Source: Malacoraja senta
Lineage: Eukaryota
Assembly (NCBI GenBank): GCA_038087875.1
Contig: JAXLNO010000261.1
Location: 1-64,000 of the forward strand
Direction of reading: 5' to 3'
Length of the DNA stretch: 64,000 bases
A program made the position numbers and the translations under genes. Below the pieces are notes generated by a model. The model did not search any database. It worked only from the letters and a program-made list of their open reading frames with translations, and was not told the origin of the DNA. Positions 26,704-39,534 of this stretch are shown here, in pieces (position 1 is the stretch's first letter; the number at the start of each line of letters is the position of its first letter).

Positions 26704-27459
26704 TGGGCCTGTCCCACTTAGGCGACTTTTAAGCGACTGCAGGAGACTATGCAGTCATCACATGGTCGCCACATGTTCACGGGTGGTTGCCGGGGAGTCG
26801 TCTTCATGGTCGTGAGGAGTTCCCGCATTCTGGGAACTAGTCGTGGCCTCATTATGGTCGGCACAAATTTTTCAACATGTTGAAAAATTTGCGTCGACAA
26901 GAATGAAGCCGCCATGGAGAGTAGCGAGAATATTCGTGCCGCAGTTGGGTCACCAGGAGGTCGAAGGTTGTTGTAGGTTGTAGGCTGACCGGTGAATTTC
27001 ATTGGCTCATTGGAGGAAAAAAAAGTAAGCAGTAGTTTTCAGAACCAAGGATAACCGACCGGTAATGTTAAATGTCCGCCGAGCTTCACAGCCGTGTATC
27101 TCTGGCTTCTTAAAAGTTGTCAGGCTTCTTAAAAGTTGTCTCCACTCCTTCTCCCTCCTTCTCCCCCCTTCTCCTCCCCCTCTTTTAAAGGACTTACCGT
27201 ACACTGTGCTTTAGCCGTCTTAATTGCAGCGCCAACCTTCCTGTTCATCGCAGTGTGTGTCTGTATCACCTTGGCTTCGCACCATGTGAATTTCAGACAG
27301 CGCTCCGCCTGCTTGCCCTGTCCCCCGTCTGTGATGTGTTTGTGTGTGTGTGTTCCACTCTGACAGTCGCCGGTCTAGTTGCTGGTTTTTCAGTTGCCAG
27401 TTTTTCAGTTGCCAGTTGCCAGCAGTCGCCTGAAAAATCGCCTAAGTGGGACAGGCCCA
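26704..27459. mobile_element. Non-autonomous PIF/Harbinger-type MITE 1
   Basis: TIRs tgggcctgtcccacttaggcga / tcgcctaagtgggacaggccca. Flanks TTA and TAA (TWA type). No transposase. Confidence 0.85.
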
Positions 27460-29232
27460 TAAGGCTGCAAATAATATTTGCTGCGGAGCTGAGAACCGAA
27501 TTGAACATTGTACAGTCAGCGAGCATTCTCCCTTATGACCTCACAAAGGCAAGGAGGTCATTAACACAGATAATTAGAAAATCTGGTTCAATGTCACTTC
27601 TTTCCATTTTTCTGCACACCGCCTCCTTTGAATCCTGGTATAGTACTCACCTTTCACCGAATCTTGCTTTCTACGCCCTTTATGATTTATTCCAAATTAG
27701 CTCAAAACACCTTGAATTACTTACTGTCAAACACAACAAAAAAAATGATACTTTTTTTATGCTCTTGATCCATCCCCAAACCAGCTTTATCTTTGATTGC
27801 TAGTTCTGCCTTAGCAAATTAAATCCTCACCCAGAAAGAATCAGGAGCTTGCTTCATTCTAACTGTTTACTACTCCAATATCATTGATCCCTGTCACCAA
27901 GATATCTGCCACAGTGTAGATCAGAAAGATGGTGAATGACTGATACTCAGTGTACTATTTGGCCAATTTGGTGATTTAAATTCCTGCTCACATCATCTCA
28001 ATTTGTAGCACTCGTGTCATTTTCCACTGGCACAATCGTTCTTTCAATGTGCACTGTCAAAGGGCAATGTTCAGTTATATTGAGGCTTACTGTCTGCAAG
28101 CCATCTGGGTCACTACCTATTCTCCCTCTCTCATTATTCCTACCTTAATGCTTTACCAAATTGAGTTGTTTGACCTTACTGTGGCCTTACTTGCTCTCAA
28201 GCAAACCCTTGGCAAATGTTCCTTGATAACATAACAGATTATTGTGTCTGATTTCATTAACTCAATGTCAATTATGCCACAATGACAACATCTCACTTCA
28301 GTTTGTTTTTCTGAAGACAACAAAAAGATATGTTCTATCTTGTGAACAGTCTTGGTCTCGGCAAATCTTTCTTGACTGCTGTCTCCGCTACTGATATCAA
28401 AGACCTATTTCAAATTCAGTTTCCTGTCACATAACAGTATTCTGTGTCCACAATTATGCAATCTTGCAATGTCTCCTCCAAATTATTCGCTGCATACTCT
28501 TAGGTACTATCATCATCTTTGATCGCACGATCCATTTATTTTCAACGACTGTGTATTTTTCCAATTCTACGCAAATGCAGTTTGCTGTGTTTTATATATT
28601 ATGTAGGTACCATTTTATTTTCTCATTTTTCAAAGCACTGCATAAAAGGATGCTTTTGCCAGTTGTAAATGTAAACACAAAAGTTGTCCTGTCTTTCCGA
28701 ATCGGCCACCATAAACACAGTAAATGAGCCATACTCCATATTGAAATCTGTACGGATGGGATCCTGTTAGAATCTCATCAGAACCTACATGCTGAGTGTG
28801 TGACAGGGTTGTCCATAATCCAAGCGATCACAGTGCTCTTTTGTTCATTATAAACTACCTTCCTTCTCCCAGGCTATCTAAATTGCCCCTTGAGCATTTG
28901 CAATCAATGATGTAATATATATGTATATTCAACTTGGAGCTTGTTCAATAACAGATAGCTTGTGATTTTTAGTTCATAAAAGTTAGAGAGTCTGTGTTTT
29001 AAATAAGTTTGAGTTCTAGTGCTGAGAATTGGGCAACACGGTGGCACAGTGGTAGAGTTGCTACCATACAGCGTTTACAGCGCCAGAGACCTGGATTGAA
29101 TCCCGACTATGGGTGCTGTCTGTACGGAGTTTGTATGTCCCCCCCGTGACCGCATGGGTTTTCTGCGAGATCTTTGGTTTCTTCCCACATGCCAAAGACA
29201 TACAAGGTTTGTAGGTTAATTGGCTTGGTATA

Positions 29233-30847
29233 CAGTGGCTTGCAAAAGTATTCATACCCCTTGAACTTTTCCACATTTTGTCACGTTACAACCACAAACG
29301 TAAATGTATTTTATTGGGATTTTATGTGATAGACCAACACAAAGTGGCGCATAATTGTGAAGTGGAAGAAAAATGATACATGGTTTTCAAATTTTTTTAC
29401 AAATAAAAAACTGAAAAGTGTCGCGTGCAAAAGTATTCAGCCCCTTTACTCTGATACCCCTAAATAAAATCCAGTGCAACCAATTGCCTTCAGAAGTTAC
29501 CTAATTAGTAAATAGAGTCCACTTGTGTGTAATCTAATCTCAGTATAAATACAGCTGTTCTGTGAAGGCCTCAGAGGTTTGTTAGAGAACATTAGTGAAC
29601 AAACAGCATCATGAAGCCCAAGGAACACACCAGACAGGTCATGGATAAAGTTGTGGAGAAGTTTAAAGCAGGGTTAGGTTATAAAAAAATATCCCAAGCT
29701 TTGAACATCTCTCGGAGCACTGTTCAATCCATCATCCGAAAATGGAAAGAGAATGGCACAACTGCAAACCTACCAAGACATGGCCGTCCACCTAAACTGA
29801 CAGGCCGGGCAAGGAGAGCATTGATCAGAGAAGCAGCCAAGAGGCCCATGGTAACTCTGGAGGAGCTGCAGAGATCCACAGCTCAGGTGGGAGAATTTGT
29901 CCACAGGACAACTATTAGTCGTGCACTCCACAAATCGGGCCTTTATGGAAGAGTGGCAAGAAGAAAGCCATTGTTGAAAAAAACCCATAAGAAGTCCCGT
30001 TTGCAGTTTGCCACAAGCCATGTGGGGGACACAGCAGACATGTGGAGGAAGGTGCTCTGGTTAGATGAGACCAAAATTGAAGTTTTTGGCCTAAATGCAA
30101 AACGCTATGTGTGGCGGAAAACTAACACTGCACATCACCCTGAACACACCATCCCCACTGTGAAACATGGTGGTGGCAGCATCATGCTGTGGGGATGCTT
30201 TTCTTCAGCAGGGACAGGGAAGCTGGTCAGAGTTGATGGGAAGATGGATGGAGCCAAATACAGGGCAATCTTGGAAGAAAACCTGTTAGAGTCTGCAAAA
30301 GACTTGAGACTGGGCGGAGGTTCACCTTCCAGCAGGACAACGACCCTAAACATACAGCCAGAGCTACAATGCAATGGTTTAGATCAAAGCATATTCATGT
30401 GTTAGAATGGCCCAGTCAAAGTCCAGACCTAAATCCAATTGAGAATCTCTGGCAAGACTTGAAAATTGCTGTTCACAGACGCTCTCCATCCAATCTGACT
30501 GAGCTTGAGCTATTTTGCAAAGAAGAATGGGCAAAAATTTCAGTCTCTAGATGTGCAAAGCTGGTAGAGACATACCCCAAAAGACTTGCAGCTGTAATTG
30601 CAGCGAAAGGTGGTTCTACAAAGTATTGACTCAGGGGGGCTGAATACTTTTGCACGCCACACTTTTCAGATTTTTATTTGTAAACAAATTTGAAAACCAT
30701 GTATCATTTTCCTTCCATTTCACAATTATGCACCACTTTGTGTTGGTCTATCACATAAAATCCCAATAAAATACATTTACGCTTGTGGTTGTATCGTGAC
30801 AAAATGTGGAAAAGTTCAAGGGGTATGAAAACTTTTGCAAGCCACTG
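29233..30847 (+). mobile_element. Tc1-family DNA transposon, Passport-like IR/DR type, full length
   Basis: TA TSD (29231-2, 30848-9). ~212-bp TIRs starting CAGTGG (29233-29444, 30636-30847) with inner/outer direct repeat tgcaaaagtattca. Confidence 0.97.
29611..30629 (+). pseudogene. Tc1 transposase (339 aa if repaired, DD34E), 1-nt deletion at 30312-30314
   Basis: GRPPK, ARRKPLL, WLDETK, KHGGGSIMLWGCF. Adding one G gives [25 protein letters not shown] with 34 residues between D and E. Confidence 0.95.
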
Positions 30848-31039
30848 TAAATGTAAAATTGTCCGTAGTGTGTGTAGGAAAGTGTTAATATGTGGGGAAC
30901 GCTGGTCGTTGCAGACTTAGTGCGCTGAAGGGCCTGTTTCCGCGCTGTATCTCTAAACTAAACTAAGAAAGAATTGCTCTCAGGTTAATGGGATATTTAC
31001 ATTAAGGGCTGGAATTTCCAACAGATGAATTATAGCAGC

Positions 31040-32180
31040 ATAGAGTCACAGAGTTATACAGCATGAAACAGGCTCTTCAGCACAAAATGTTCATGCTGAT
31101 ATAGGTGCCTTCCCGATTTGCCTATGTTTGGTCTATATTCCTCTAAACCTTTCCAATTCATGAAGCTGTCCAATCATATCCATCTATACTACGGTGTTCG
31201 TGTTGAATTTCTTATAGTGTGTTGTGTCTTTTTTCTACCTCTTTTTTTTTTCATTTATATGGATAATTTTCTCTGTAAAGCACTTTGGCTTCATTGATTG
31301 AAATTGATTGAAAAGTGCTATATAAATAAATTTACTTTACTTTACTTTACTTTATTATACTGTTTGGTCTGGCAGCTCGATCCATATACCCATCACCCTC
31401 CATGTGAAAACACATGCCTCACTTCTCCTTTAATTCTTTCCCCTCTCATCTTAACCCTATGCCCTACAGTTTTAGATTCTACTACCCTGGGAGTAAGAGT
31501 GTAACTATACACCTCATCTTTGGCCCTCATGATTTTATAAATCTCTATTAGGTCCTCTTCTTTGTTCCAGGGAAAATAGTCCCAGCCTCTCCAATCTCTC
31601 TTTATAACACAAACCTTCTAGTCCCAGCAACATCCTTGTGATTTTTCTGTACACTCTCTAGTTTAATCGCAACCTGCTTATAGTGTGGCAACCAGGATGG
31701 CACTCAATATTGTAATTGCACTTTTACCAATGTCTTATACAGTTGTAACATAACATCATAATTCTTATACTCAGTGGCCTGACTGATGAAGACATGCGTA
31801 CCATACGCCTTCTTCACCACATTGTCTACCTCTGTCGCCACTCCCGGGGAAGTGTACTTGTACCCCTCGGTCTATATTCTGTAACACTCCCTTGGGCCCT
31901 GTCATTTACTGTGCAAGTCCTGCCCTGATTTAATTTCCCAAAACGCATCACTTCACATTTGACCGAGGTAAATTCCACCTGCTATTCCTATGCCCACTTT
32001 CCCAGTTGATCTAGATCCTTGGACAGCCTCTGTCGCTCCCATCTCATCACCAATGTTAGTGTCTTCCACTGACTTACTAATCATGCCAACTACATACTCA
32101 TCCACTTTGTTAATATATATGACAAGCAACAGAAGACCCTGCACCTACCACTATGCTGCACCATTGGTCACAGGCTTCCT
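31040..32180 (-). mobile_element. Decayed CR1/HER1 3' part (31040-31170 plus 31360-32180)
   Basis: Antisense CR1 tail and degenerate RT motifs (ORF 31953..32144 LLLVIYINKVDE..ISKSVEDT). Confidence 0.7.
31176..31358 (+). mobile_element. L2-type LINE/SINE 3' end nested in the CR1 fragment
   Basis: 'tgtaaagcacttt..aaaagtgctatataaataaa' stem-loop followed by a (ttact)n tail. Confidence 0.65.
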
Positions 32181-32524
32181 TCCACCTAGTTATGAAATTT
32201 ATTGGCTAATTTGTGCAGAACCGATGAATCAAATGCATTTGCTATTTTGCCTGTTTTTTACATTCCAATGAAAACTATAATGAGTTATGAATATTTATTT
32301 TCAATTAAAACATTATATTATGAAGAGATGCCATTTGAATGCGAATGTTGGTTGGATTTAATGATGGAAGAAAGCACTTAACCTTCATAATTTCCGAATT
32401 TCCATAGCGCCATAAGAAAATAAATTCTTGCACTTGCACACTATCTTTTGCAGCTTTGTTCAGGATCTTCCAATAAACATGTACATTCAATAATTACTTT
32501 TGATGTGCAATCATTTAAAAAATG

Positions 32525-32548
32525 TATATATATATATATATATATATA
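32525..32548. repeat. (TA)n microsatellite
   Basis: Direct reading. Confidence 0.95.
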
Positions 32549-33262
32549 ACCTGCATGCACTGCAAGCATATTTAACTGAAACTTTACAAAAATAAATAAT
32601 GCACATTTATACAACATTTTTGCATACATGCAGCAAAGAGAAAGTTAAAAGATTTAATGGAATGTAGACAAATTGATGGAAGAGGTAGATATTTGAAATG
32701 TAATGCAAATAAATGGTATGAGATGAATTTTGTGAGAAAGAAAGATAACATAATTTGAAGGGTCATATATTGCAAAATGGATGCAGGAACTGAGAGACCT
32801 GGTGGTATGGAAGCACAAATCCATCAGGTGACAGTGCAGATTTAGAAAGCAGGATCATGAGTTTTATTAATAGCGACATTAAGTACAAAAGCAAAAGCAA
32901 AGTTCCTATAGGGAACTTCTACAAAATACCAGTTCTACCACATTGTATTTAAATGTGGACCACAATTTAGGAAGGATATAAAGGTCTCCGAGAAGCTGGA
33001 TTAAACATTTACCATAATGGTAAAGTGACTAAATTTATGTGGAGTAGATTGGATTTGTTCTCTGTAGATCAGTGTCACTCATGTTATGAGTCATGCTTTG
33101 GTAGTTACGCCCACTTCCTTTTACAGTAGTCCTCCCTGCCTGTTCCCTTTAGAATTAGAAAGACATGCTAGCATGAAGTTATATATGCTATGTCGTTAAT
33201 AAAGTCTTTGGACCTTTATCATGGTGTAAGGCTTCAATTATTACAACAGCCAAAATACAACA

Positions 33263-33280
33263 TGGTGTCAGAAGTGGGAT
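33263..33280 (+). promoter_or_regulatory. Primer-binding site, tRNA-Leu
   Basis: TGGTGTCAGAAGTGGGAT directly after the 5' LTR, complementary to the vertebrate tRNA-Leu 3' end ATCCCACTTCTGACACCA. Confidence 0.85.
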
Positions 33281-33299
33281 ACCAAGCTAAGACTAATTG

Positions 33300-36261
33300 A
33301 TAATAGCTTTAACTGTGGGGGTTCACATGCCGCTGTTCATGACCATTCCCTTGCGTATGGGAAACTATGTTGATTCTGCAACAAAAGAAACCATTTCATT
33401 AAGTGTTGTTGTTCACGTAGTAACAGATTTCAAACGAGACAATCTGTTAATTCGCTTGGCCGTGAAAGTGTTATCTCTGAGTTCTCACAACCAGTTCATA
33501 TGGATTTACAAGCTGCTGGCGAAGGTGCTGACATTGATGTACATGCCTTGTCTGATTTATTGCATAAACAACTGGACCCCAAGGTCGCTTTGCTCATTAA
33601 TGGCAAAACTCTTTATCTGAAGGTCGATTCTGGAGCTCGCTGCAACATTATCTGCTTGGCTGTTTTCCAGAAGCTAAGAAAAATGGAAACGGTATCTCCA
33701 ACAGCTGCATCTCTTGTATCGTTTGCTGGAAGTCGAGTGCACCTTATGGGCCAAGTTGAGTTGTGCTGCTGTCTTAACTCACGTGTCCACAACCTGGATT
33801 TTTATGTAGTACGTGAAAATGTACCATCTCTACTGGGTGCCAACGCGTGCCTAGACATGGGTTTGATTACTTTCAGCCTTTCTGTCTGTCCACTGACTAC
33901 AGACTGTGACTTTAACCATCAAATCCTAACACAATACAAGGATTTGTTTGACAACAAGCTGGGCAGATTGCCTGTCAGGTACACGATTACCATTGACCTT
34001 AAGGCAATTCCAGTTGTTCGTCCGGCTCATAAGATTCCCCACGCTATGCGGGACCATGTTCAAAGTGAACTTAACAGAATGGTGTCTCTAGGTGTGATTA
34101 CTCCCGTAATTGACCCCTCGGACTGGGTCTCCACAATGGTCGTCGCTACTAAGAAGAACAGAGACGAAATACGGATTTGTATCAACCCCAAGGACTTAAA
34201 CACAGCAATTAAATGATCCTGCTATCTCATGCGCACTATGGATGAGATTGCTGCTCAGATGGCTGAGGCAACTGTATTCACGGTGCTAGATGCCAAGAGT
34301 TCATTCTGGCAGATTTTGCTGGAACATAACTCCTCCAAGTTGACAACTTTCAGCACTCCATTCGGCATTATAAATTTCTTTGCATGCCCTTTGGAATAAG
34401 TTCTGCTAATGAAGTATTTCAACAAGCTTTGGAGCAATTGTTTGCAGGCTACCCATGCTCCATCGTAGTAGATGATATCCTCATTGCTGGACGAATGGTC
34501 GAAGAACACAATGCCAATCTGACAAAGGTCTTGGATCGTGCCAAGGCCATCCATCTCAAGCTGAATCCTCAAAAATGCAAATTCAGAGTGAATGAAATAA
34601 AATACTTAGGCCATATATTGACCAAAGACAGTCTAAAAACTGATCCAGCTAAAACCAGTGCTATCAATGAGCTCCCAGCACCCACAGATGTGCTGAGTTT
34701 GCAGAGATTCCTTGGCATGGTTAACTATTTGAGCAAATTCATTACGGGTTTCAGCGAAATATCAGCCCCATTGCGCCAATTTACACACAACTGCATGGAC
34801 TTGGCATGAGCAACAACAGAAAGCGTTTGACACACTTAAGCAGCAGATGTCTAGTGCTCCTACTCTGGCTTACTTTGATCCTAAATTACCGGTTCCACTG
34901 ATTTGTGATGCCTCACAACACGGGCTGGGCGCAGCATGTCTTCAGAATGATGGCAATGGCAATAAGCCTGTTGCCTATGTCTCGCGCACCATGACTGACA
35001 CAGAACAACAATATGCCCAAATTGAGAAAGATCTGTTAGCGGTTGTTTTCGCCTGCAACAAATTCAACAATTTCATCTTTGGTCACACGGTCACAATTAA
35101 AATGGACCACCAACTTCTGATCAGCATTTTCAACAAACCAATCCACGCCTCTCCTGCACGCCAACAGCGAATGTTGCTGCAACTTCAAAAATATGACATC
35201 ATTCTGATCCACAAACATGGTGAGGATATGCACCTGGCTGACACTCTCTTGCGTGCATCCCGGAAGACCTGCGAGCGTCCGCCCTCGCCGGATGATGACT
35301 CTCTGGTAATGACTGTGTATTTTATTCCCTCATCTTGTGTGGAGGACTTGGTTGCCCACACTGCTGCTGACAGTACTCTACGGTCGCTTCCCTCCATCAT
35401 TAAGCACGGCTGGCCAGACAAGCACTACAACATTCCGCTGCCAGTCCGGCCTTTCTTTGCCATCCGTGATGAGCTAGTGCTGCAGGATGGCATTATTTTA
35501 AAAGGACACAAGGCTGTGCTTCTTGCTTCGCTGCACAACCAGTATTTTAACTCTGTCCATGCAGGGCACCCAGGCGCTGAAGCTACTGTCTTACGGGCAA
35601 GAAGCACGTTTTACTGGCCTGGCTTGGGCTCATCTTGGGCTCACCCACTCAACGTTTATTGTCAAGGCAGACCCGTGCCACAGTGCCTGTAGCGGATCAG
35701 GCGTTGATCCCACAAGTGATTCCACCTTAGGAGGTTTACAAACCAGGTTACACTAGAAGCGTGACATTCCAAAAACAATGGTTTGACAAAACAAGTAGGG
35801 CACTGCCACCACTGACCAAGGGGCAGGTGGTCCGTTTACAGACTGACAAACACCATGACCGTATTGGAGTGAGTTCTGGAATTTCCTCAGAGTCACGCTC
35901 GTATATCATCAGTGCTGATGGCAGCACCTACAGGCGTAACAGACAACATATCCTGCCTGTGAACGAACCAGTTCCTCCTCCATCATATTATCCAGACCAT
36001 ACAAGTACACTTCTGTCAGCGTCTAGCGGCACTCCTATGCCTCTACCAGCACAACAATCCATGTCTGCAACGGCTCCTCTGCCCGTGACATCTTCACCTG
36101 CGCCACAGTCTCCTGCTTCATCTCCAGGAATGCTGGTCCAGTCTCCCTCGCCTGTGAAGCCACCTGCCCTCTCCCCAGGGGTAAAGAACGGAGATGGTCT
36201 CTATTGTACACGTGCTGGTCGTGTTTGTATACTGGTTGTAAAGTACCCGGACTATGTTTGA
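33300..36261 (+). pseudogene. Gypsy gag remnant (zinc knuckles) plus pol, fragmented
   Basis: FCNKRNHFIKCC knuckle (~33375), protease VDSGA, RT MPFG..VDD, RNase H CDAS..YAQIEK, integrase HAGHPG. Integrase core absent after ~35625. Confidence 0.9.
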
Positions 36262-36511
36262 CTTTCCTCCAGTTTATTATCAATTGCTATGCATGCCTTA
36301 CTTAGTTAATGGGTTTGTCATGTTATTGATTCTTTAAGAGGGAGTATGTAGATCAGTCACTCATGTTATGAGTCATGCTTTGCTAGTTACGCCCACTTTC
36401 TTTTACAGTAGTCCTCCCTGCCTGTTCCCTTTAGAATTAGAAAGACGTGCTAGCATGAAGTTATATATGCTATGTCGTTAATAAAGTCTTTGGACCTTCA
36501 TCATGGTGTAA

Positions 36512-37089
36512 AGAGCCTGTCCCACCAGCATGCGACTGCATGCGGTGAGCGCGCCCAAACGTGGTGGCTTGAGGCGTACGGCCTCGCGGGGCCGTTCCCA
36601 CTTCCAACCGCGGAGCTGTATGGAGCTGGTCCCGACATCATACTCACCAATCAGCTGGCAGGAGGCGGGCCGACTGAATTTGGATGTCGCACGTCGTCAG
36701 GCGGATACGTCATCACGCAACAGTACGCCGGGCGGTGACGTCATCGCGCAACGCCACGCGCTAGGCATACGCCGTCAAGACGCTGCATTCGGCATCAAGA
36801 CGATGCGTACGGCATCGAGGCGGTGCGTACGCCCGTCGAGGCGGTGCATGCGCCCGTCGAGGCAGTGCGTACGGCCTCAATGTGGCAGCGGGCCGGCAGG
36901 CTGTTGCCGCGCGGAATTTTTGGACAGTGTCAGTTTTTCGGAGCCCCGCGCGGTGTCGGGACCAGCTCCGCACAACTCCATACGGCTCCAGCGATCGAAG
37001 TGGGATGGGCCCCACGAGGCCGTACGACTAGCGCGACCATGTTAGGTCGCGCTAGCCGCATGCAGTCGCATGCTCGTGGGACAGGCCCT
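36512..37089. mobile_element. Harbinger-type MITE 2 inside the 3' LTR
   Basis: TIRs agagcctgtcccaccagcatgcgactgcatgcgg / ccgcatgcagtcgcatgctcgtgggacaggccct. TAA TSD confirmed by the empty site gtgTAAgg in the 5' LTR. Confidence 0.93.
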
Positions 37090-38315
37090 TAAGGCTTCAG
37101 TTATTACAACAGCCAAAACACAACATTCTCTTACTAGATTGAAAGGCGATTTGGTAGGTGTTCAAAATTATGAAAGATTAAAAGAATAAAGCAGAAATGT
37201 TCCATTTGGTGAAAGTGTCAATAAATAGGGGACACAAATATAAGATAAGGCATGAATCAAAGAAAACATACAAAAAGCTTATTTATGCAACAAATAGCAA
37301 TGATCTGTATTGAACAATCCAAAAGGTCAATATTCCAAAAAGAATTTTCGATCAGTCCTTGAAGGGGAAAATAAAAATGCTGTGGTACAGAAAAAAAGTC
37401 AGGAATGCAATTAATTGGTAAAAGATTAAAGTAACATGAGAAAAAGTCACTGCAGGCTTGAAGGGTTAAAATGCACCCTTCCATGATGTTTAATCAGGTC
37501 ACCTAAAAATAATTCACAATTTGGTAATATTGGCAATATTGCAACAACCATTTAATAAGTAGAGGAAATTGAAATCACAGTGACAGAAAAACAGATAAAT
37601 CTTTCCAGAAAAATGCATTGAGTTACACGTAAATAACGAGCTCAGAAATTGATCTCAGTCACTTACAGTAATATGTTGATCACCAGGAAACAGCCAATCA
37701 TTCACACTACCTAGCTGCAACTTTGTTAGAAGATACAGTCTTTTAAGTGAAATCACCATAGTGATTTAGAAACCTCAGAATAAAACGGATTATGATGATC
37801 AGGTAACTATGCCAGTAATGGGTAAATGTTAGTTTGGATGCTTCAGACTATCAGCATAGGATTTGTATAATTTATCTGCATAACCAGTCAGGCCTTCAAG
37901 TCATTACCGCATTCAAAATGCAAGATATTACTCCCTCAGTATTTGTGTGGATGCCAGCCTGAATTTATTCATATGCTCAGATCCCCAGAATGGACCAATT
38001 CAATCTATTGCAGCGCTTTTAACTGAATTAACTTTTCACAAAGACAATCAGTTGCATGTTTATTGTGTCTCTTCAGTTGCTTTGGTTACAGCATTCTAGA
38101 ATAGCAGGCCATACACTCACAAGGACCAAATGTTTTATGCAAAGATCCCCTTTAATAGAATCAAGAACTGTGACAATGGGATAGATGGTTTGCTGTTTCA
38201 TTTACAATGTCATTAGAATATCAGTTCACTTGGTGACATGAAGATACAATTCTAATCAGTCCCAATGGGATGATAAGGGGAATGAAGAGAGTGCACATTT
38301 TTTCCAGGACATTAA

Positions 38316-38920
38316 AGGCTCTGTCTTACCTGTTTGCGGTCATCGGCGGTGAAGCGCGGCGTCGCCGGTAGCGGGGACCGCGCGGCAACGGCGAGATCGT
38401 CGAGCCTATCCACCGGAGCGCCGCACGGATGCTGCGCGGGGGCCGAGTTAATTCAAACACGGCGGGTCCCACGTGCTTGCGGTAAGTAAAAAAAAGGGCG
38501 GGCCGACTGCGATGACGTCGGCCCGCCGCACGTGACTCACAAGCGGCGGCTGTGGCGGCGGCCATCCTGATCGCGGCGCTGCAGCGGTGGCTGTGCCTGC
38601 GGCCGTGCCGCACACGTGCCTCTCTGGCGGAGGCACGTGCCTCACTGGCGGAGGCTGTGGCAGCGGAGGTTTGACGCACGGCGCTCGAGCCACACTGGCG
38701 GCGGCCCGTGCGGGCGGCCGTGCCGCACTCGTGCATTACTGGTGGAGGTTGTGCGGTGAGTATATAGTTTTCGACATTGTCGGTTTTATTTTAGCACCGT
38801 GCGGTGTTGGGAACACCGCCGCACGGCCCCGGAATTGTACGTTCTCACGAGTGCGCGGTCTATGGCGGCAGATTCTTCCCGTTTCGCCGCCAATGACCGC
38901 AGACTCGTGAGACAGGCCTT
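38316..38920. mobile_element. Harbinger-type MITE 3, CpG-rich
   Basis: Imperfect ~38-bp TIRs (aggctctgtcttacctgtttgcggtcatcggcgg / ccgccaatgaccgcagactcgtgagacaggcctt). TAA at 38313-38315 and 38921-38923. Confidence 0.85.
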
Positions 38921-38923
38921 TAA

Positions 38924-39205
38924 GGGCAGCACAGTGGTGCAGCGGTAGAGTTGCTGCTTTACAGCACTTGCAGTGCTAGAAACCCGGGTTCAATCCCGAC
39001 TCCGGGTGCTGTCCTTCTCGTGACCGGCGTCGGTTTTCTCCGAGATCTTCGGTTCCCTCACACATTCTGAAGATGTACAGGTTTGTAGGTTAATTGGCTT
39101 GGTATAAGTGTAAAATTGTCCCTAGTGTGTGTTAATGCGCGGGGATTATTGGATGGTACAGACTCGGTGGGCCAAAGGGCCTGTTTCCGTGCTGTATCTC
39201 TAAAC
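38924..39205 (+). mobile_element. tRNA-derived SINE (HE1-like)
   Basis: A-box tggtgcagcgg, B-box gggttcaatccc, core, tail gggcctgtttccgtgctgtatctctaaac. Confidence 0.85.
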
Positions 39206-39432
39206 ATTATTGAAAGGAACTTTGAAAATTCAAGCTAACCAGGCAGTGTCGACATGCTTTTGTGAAAGAGAAATCACATTTGACCAATTTATTGCATTAA
39301 AAGCTCATGGCGCAGAAGGTAACATCCTGGCATGGATGGGAGAGTGGCTAACTAACACAAAACATTACTAAAACTTCCATATTTCATGAATGATACATAC
39401 TACAGAAAGTGGGAGACATTTCACTGATGCAG

Positions 39433-39534
39433 CACTGAGTCCATCTGAAGAAGTATCCCCTCCCAAAATATCACCTATTCACGTTTTCCAGAGATGCTGC
39501 CTGACCCGGTGAGTTACTCCAGCACTTTATGTCC
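39433..39534 (+). mobile_element. Penelope-like short repeat with a degenerate hammerhead
   Basis: ctgaagaag..cccaaaatatcacctattc..gatgctgcctgacccggtgagttactccagc. 13-bp TSD ttcactgatgcag at 39420-39432 and 39535-39547. Confidence 0.7.

Larger units (their letters stand above)
29031..30966 (+). mobile_element. SINE (29031-29232 plus 30848-30966) split by the Tc1
   Basis: SINE text 'ggttaattggcttggtata' resumes as 'taaatgtaaaattgtcc' after the transposon. Confidence 0.85.
33063..37125 (+). mobile_element. Gypsy LTR retrotransposon (Mag-like), internally deleted, inserted in a decayed CR1
   Basis: LTRs 33063-33262 and 36347-37125 (TG..CA; 3' LTR split by a MITE). 5-bp TSD TTCTC. PBS, PPT aagagggagta (36336-36346), domain order PR-RT-RH-IN. 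Confidence 0.95.

Noticed and set aside
36472..38910. Overlapping Arg/Ala-rich ORFs on both strands
   Set aside because: They fall in GC-rich palindromic MITEs where stops are rare; no transposase motifs.
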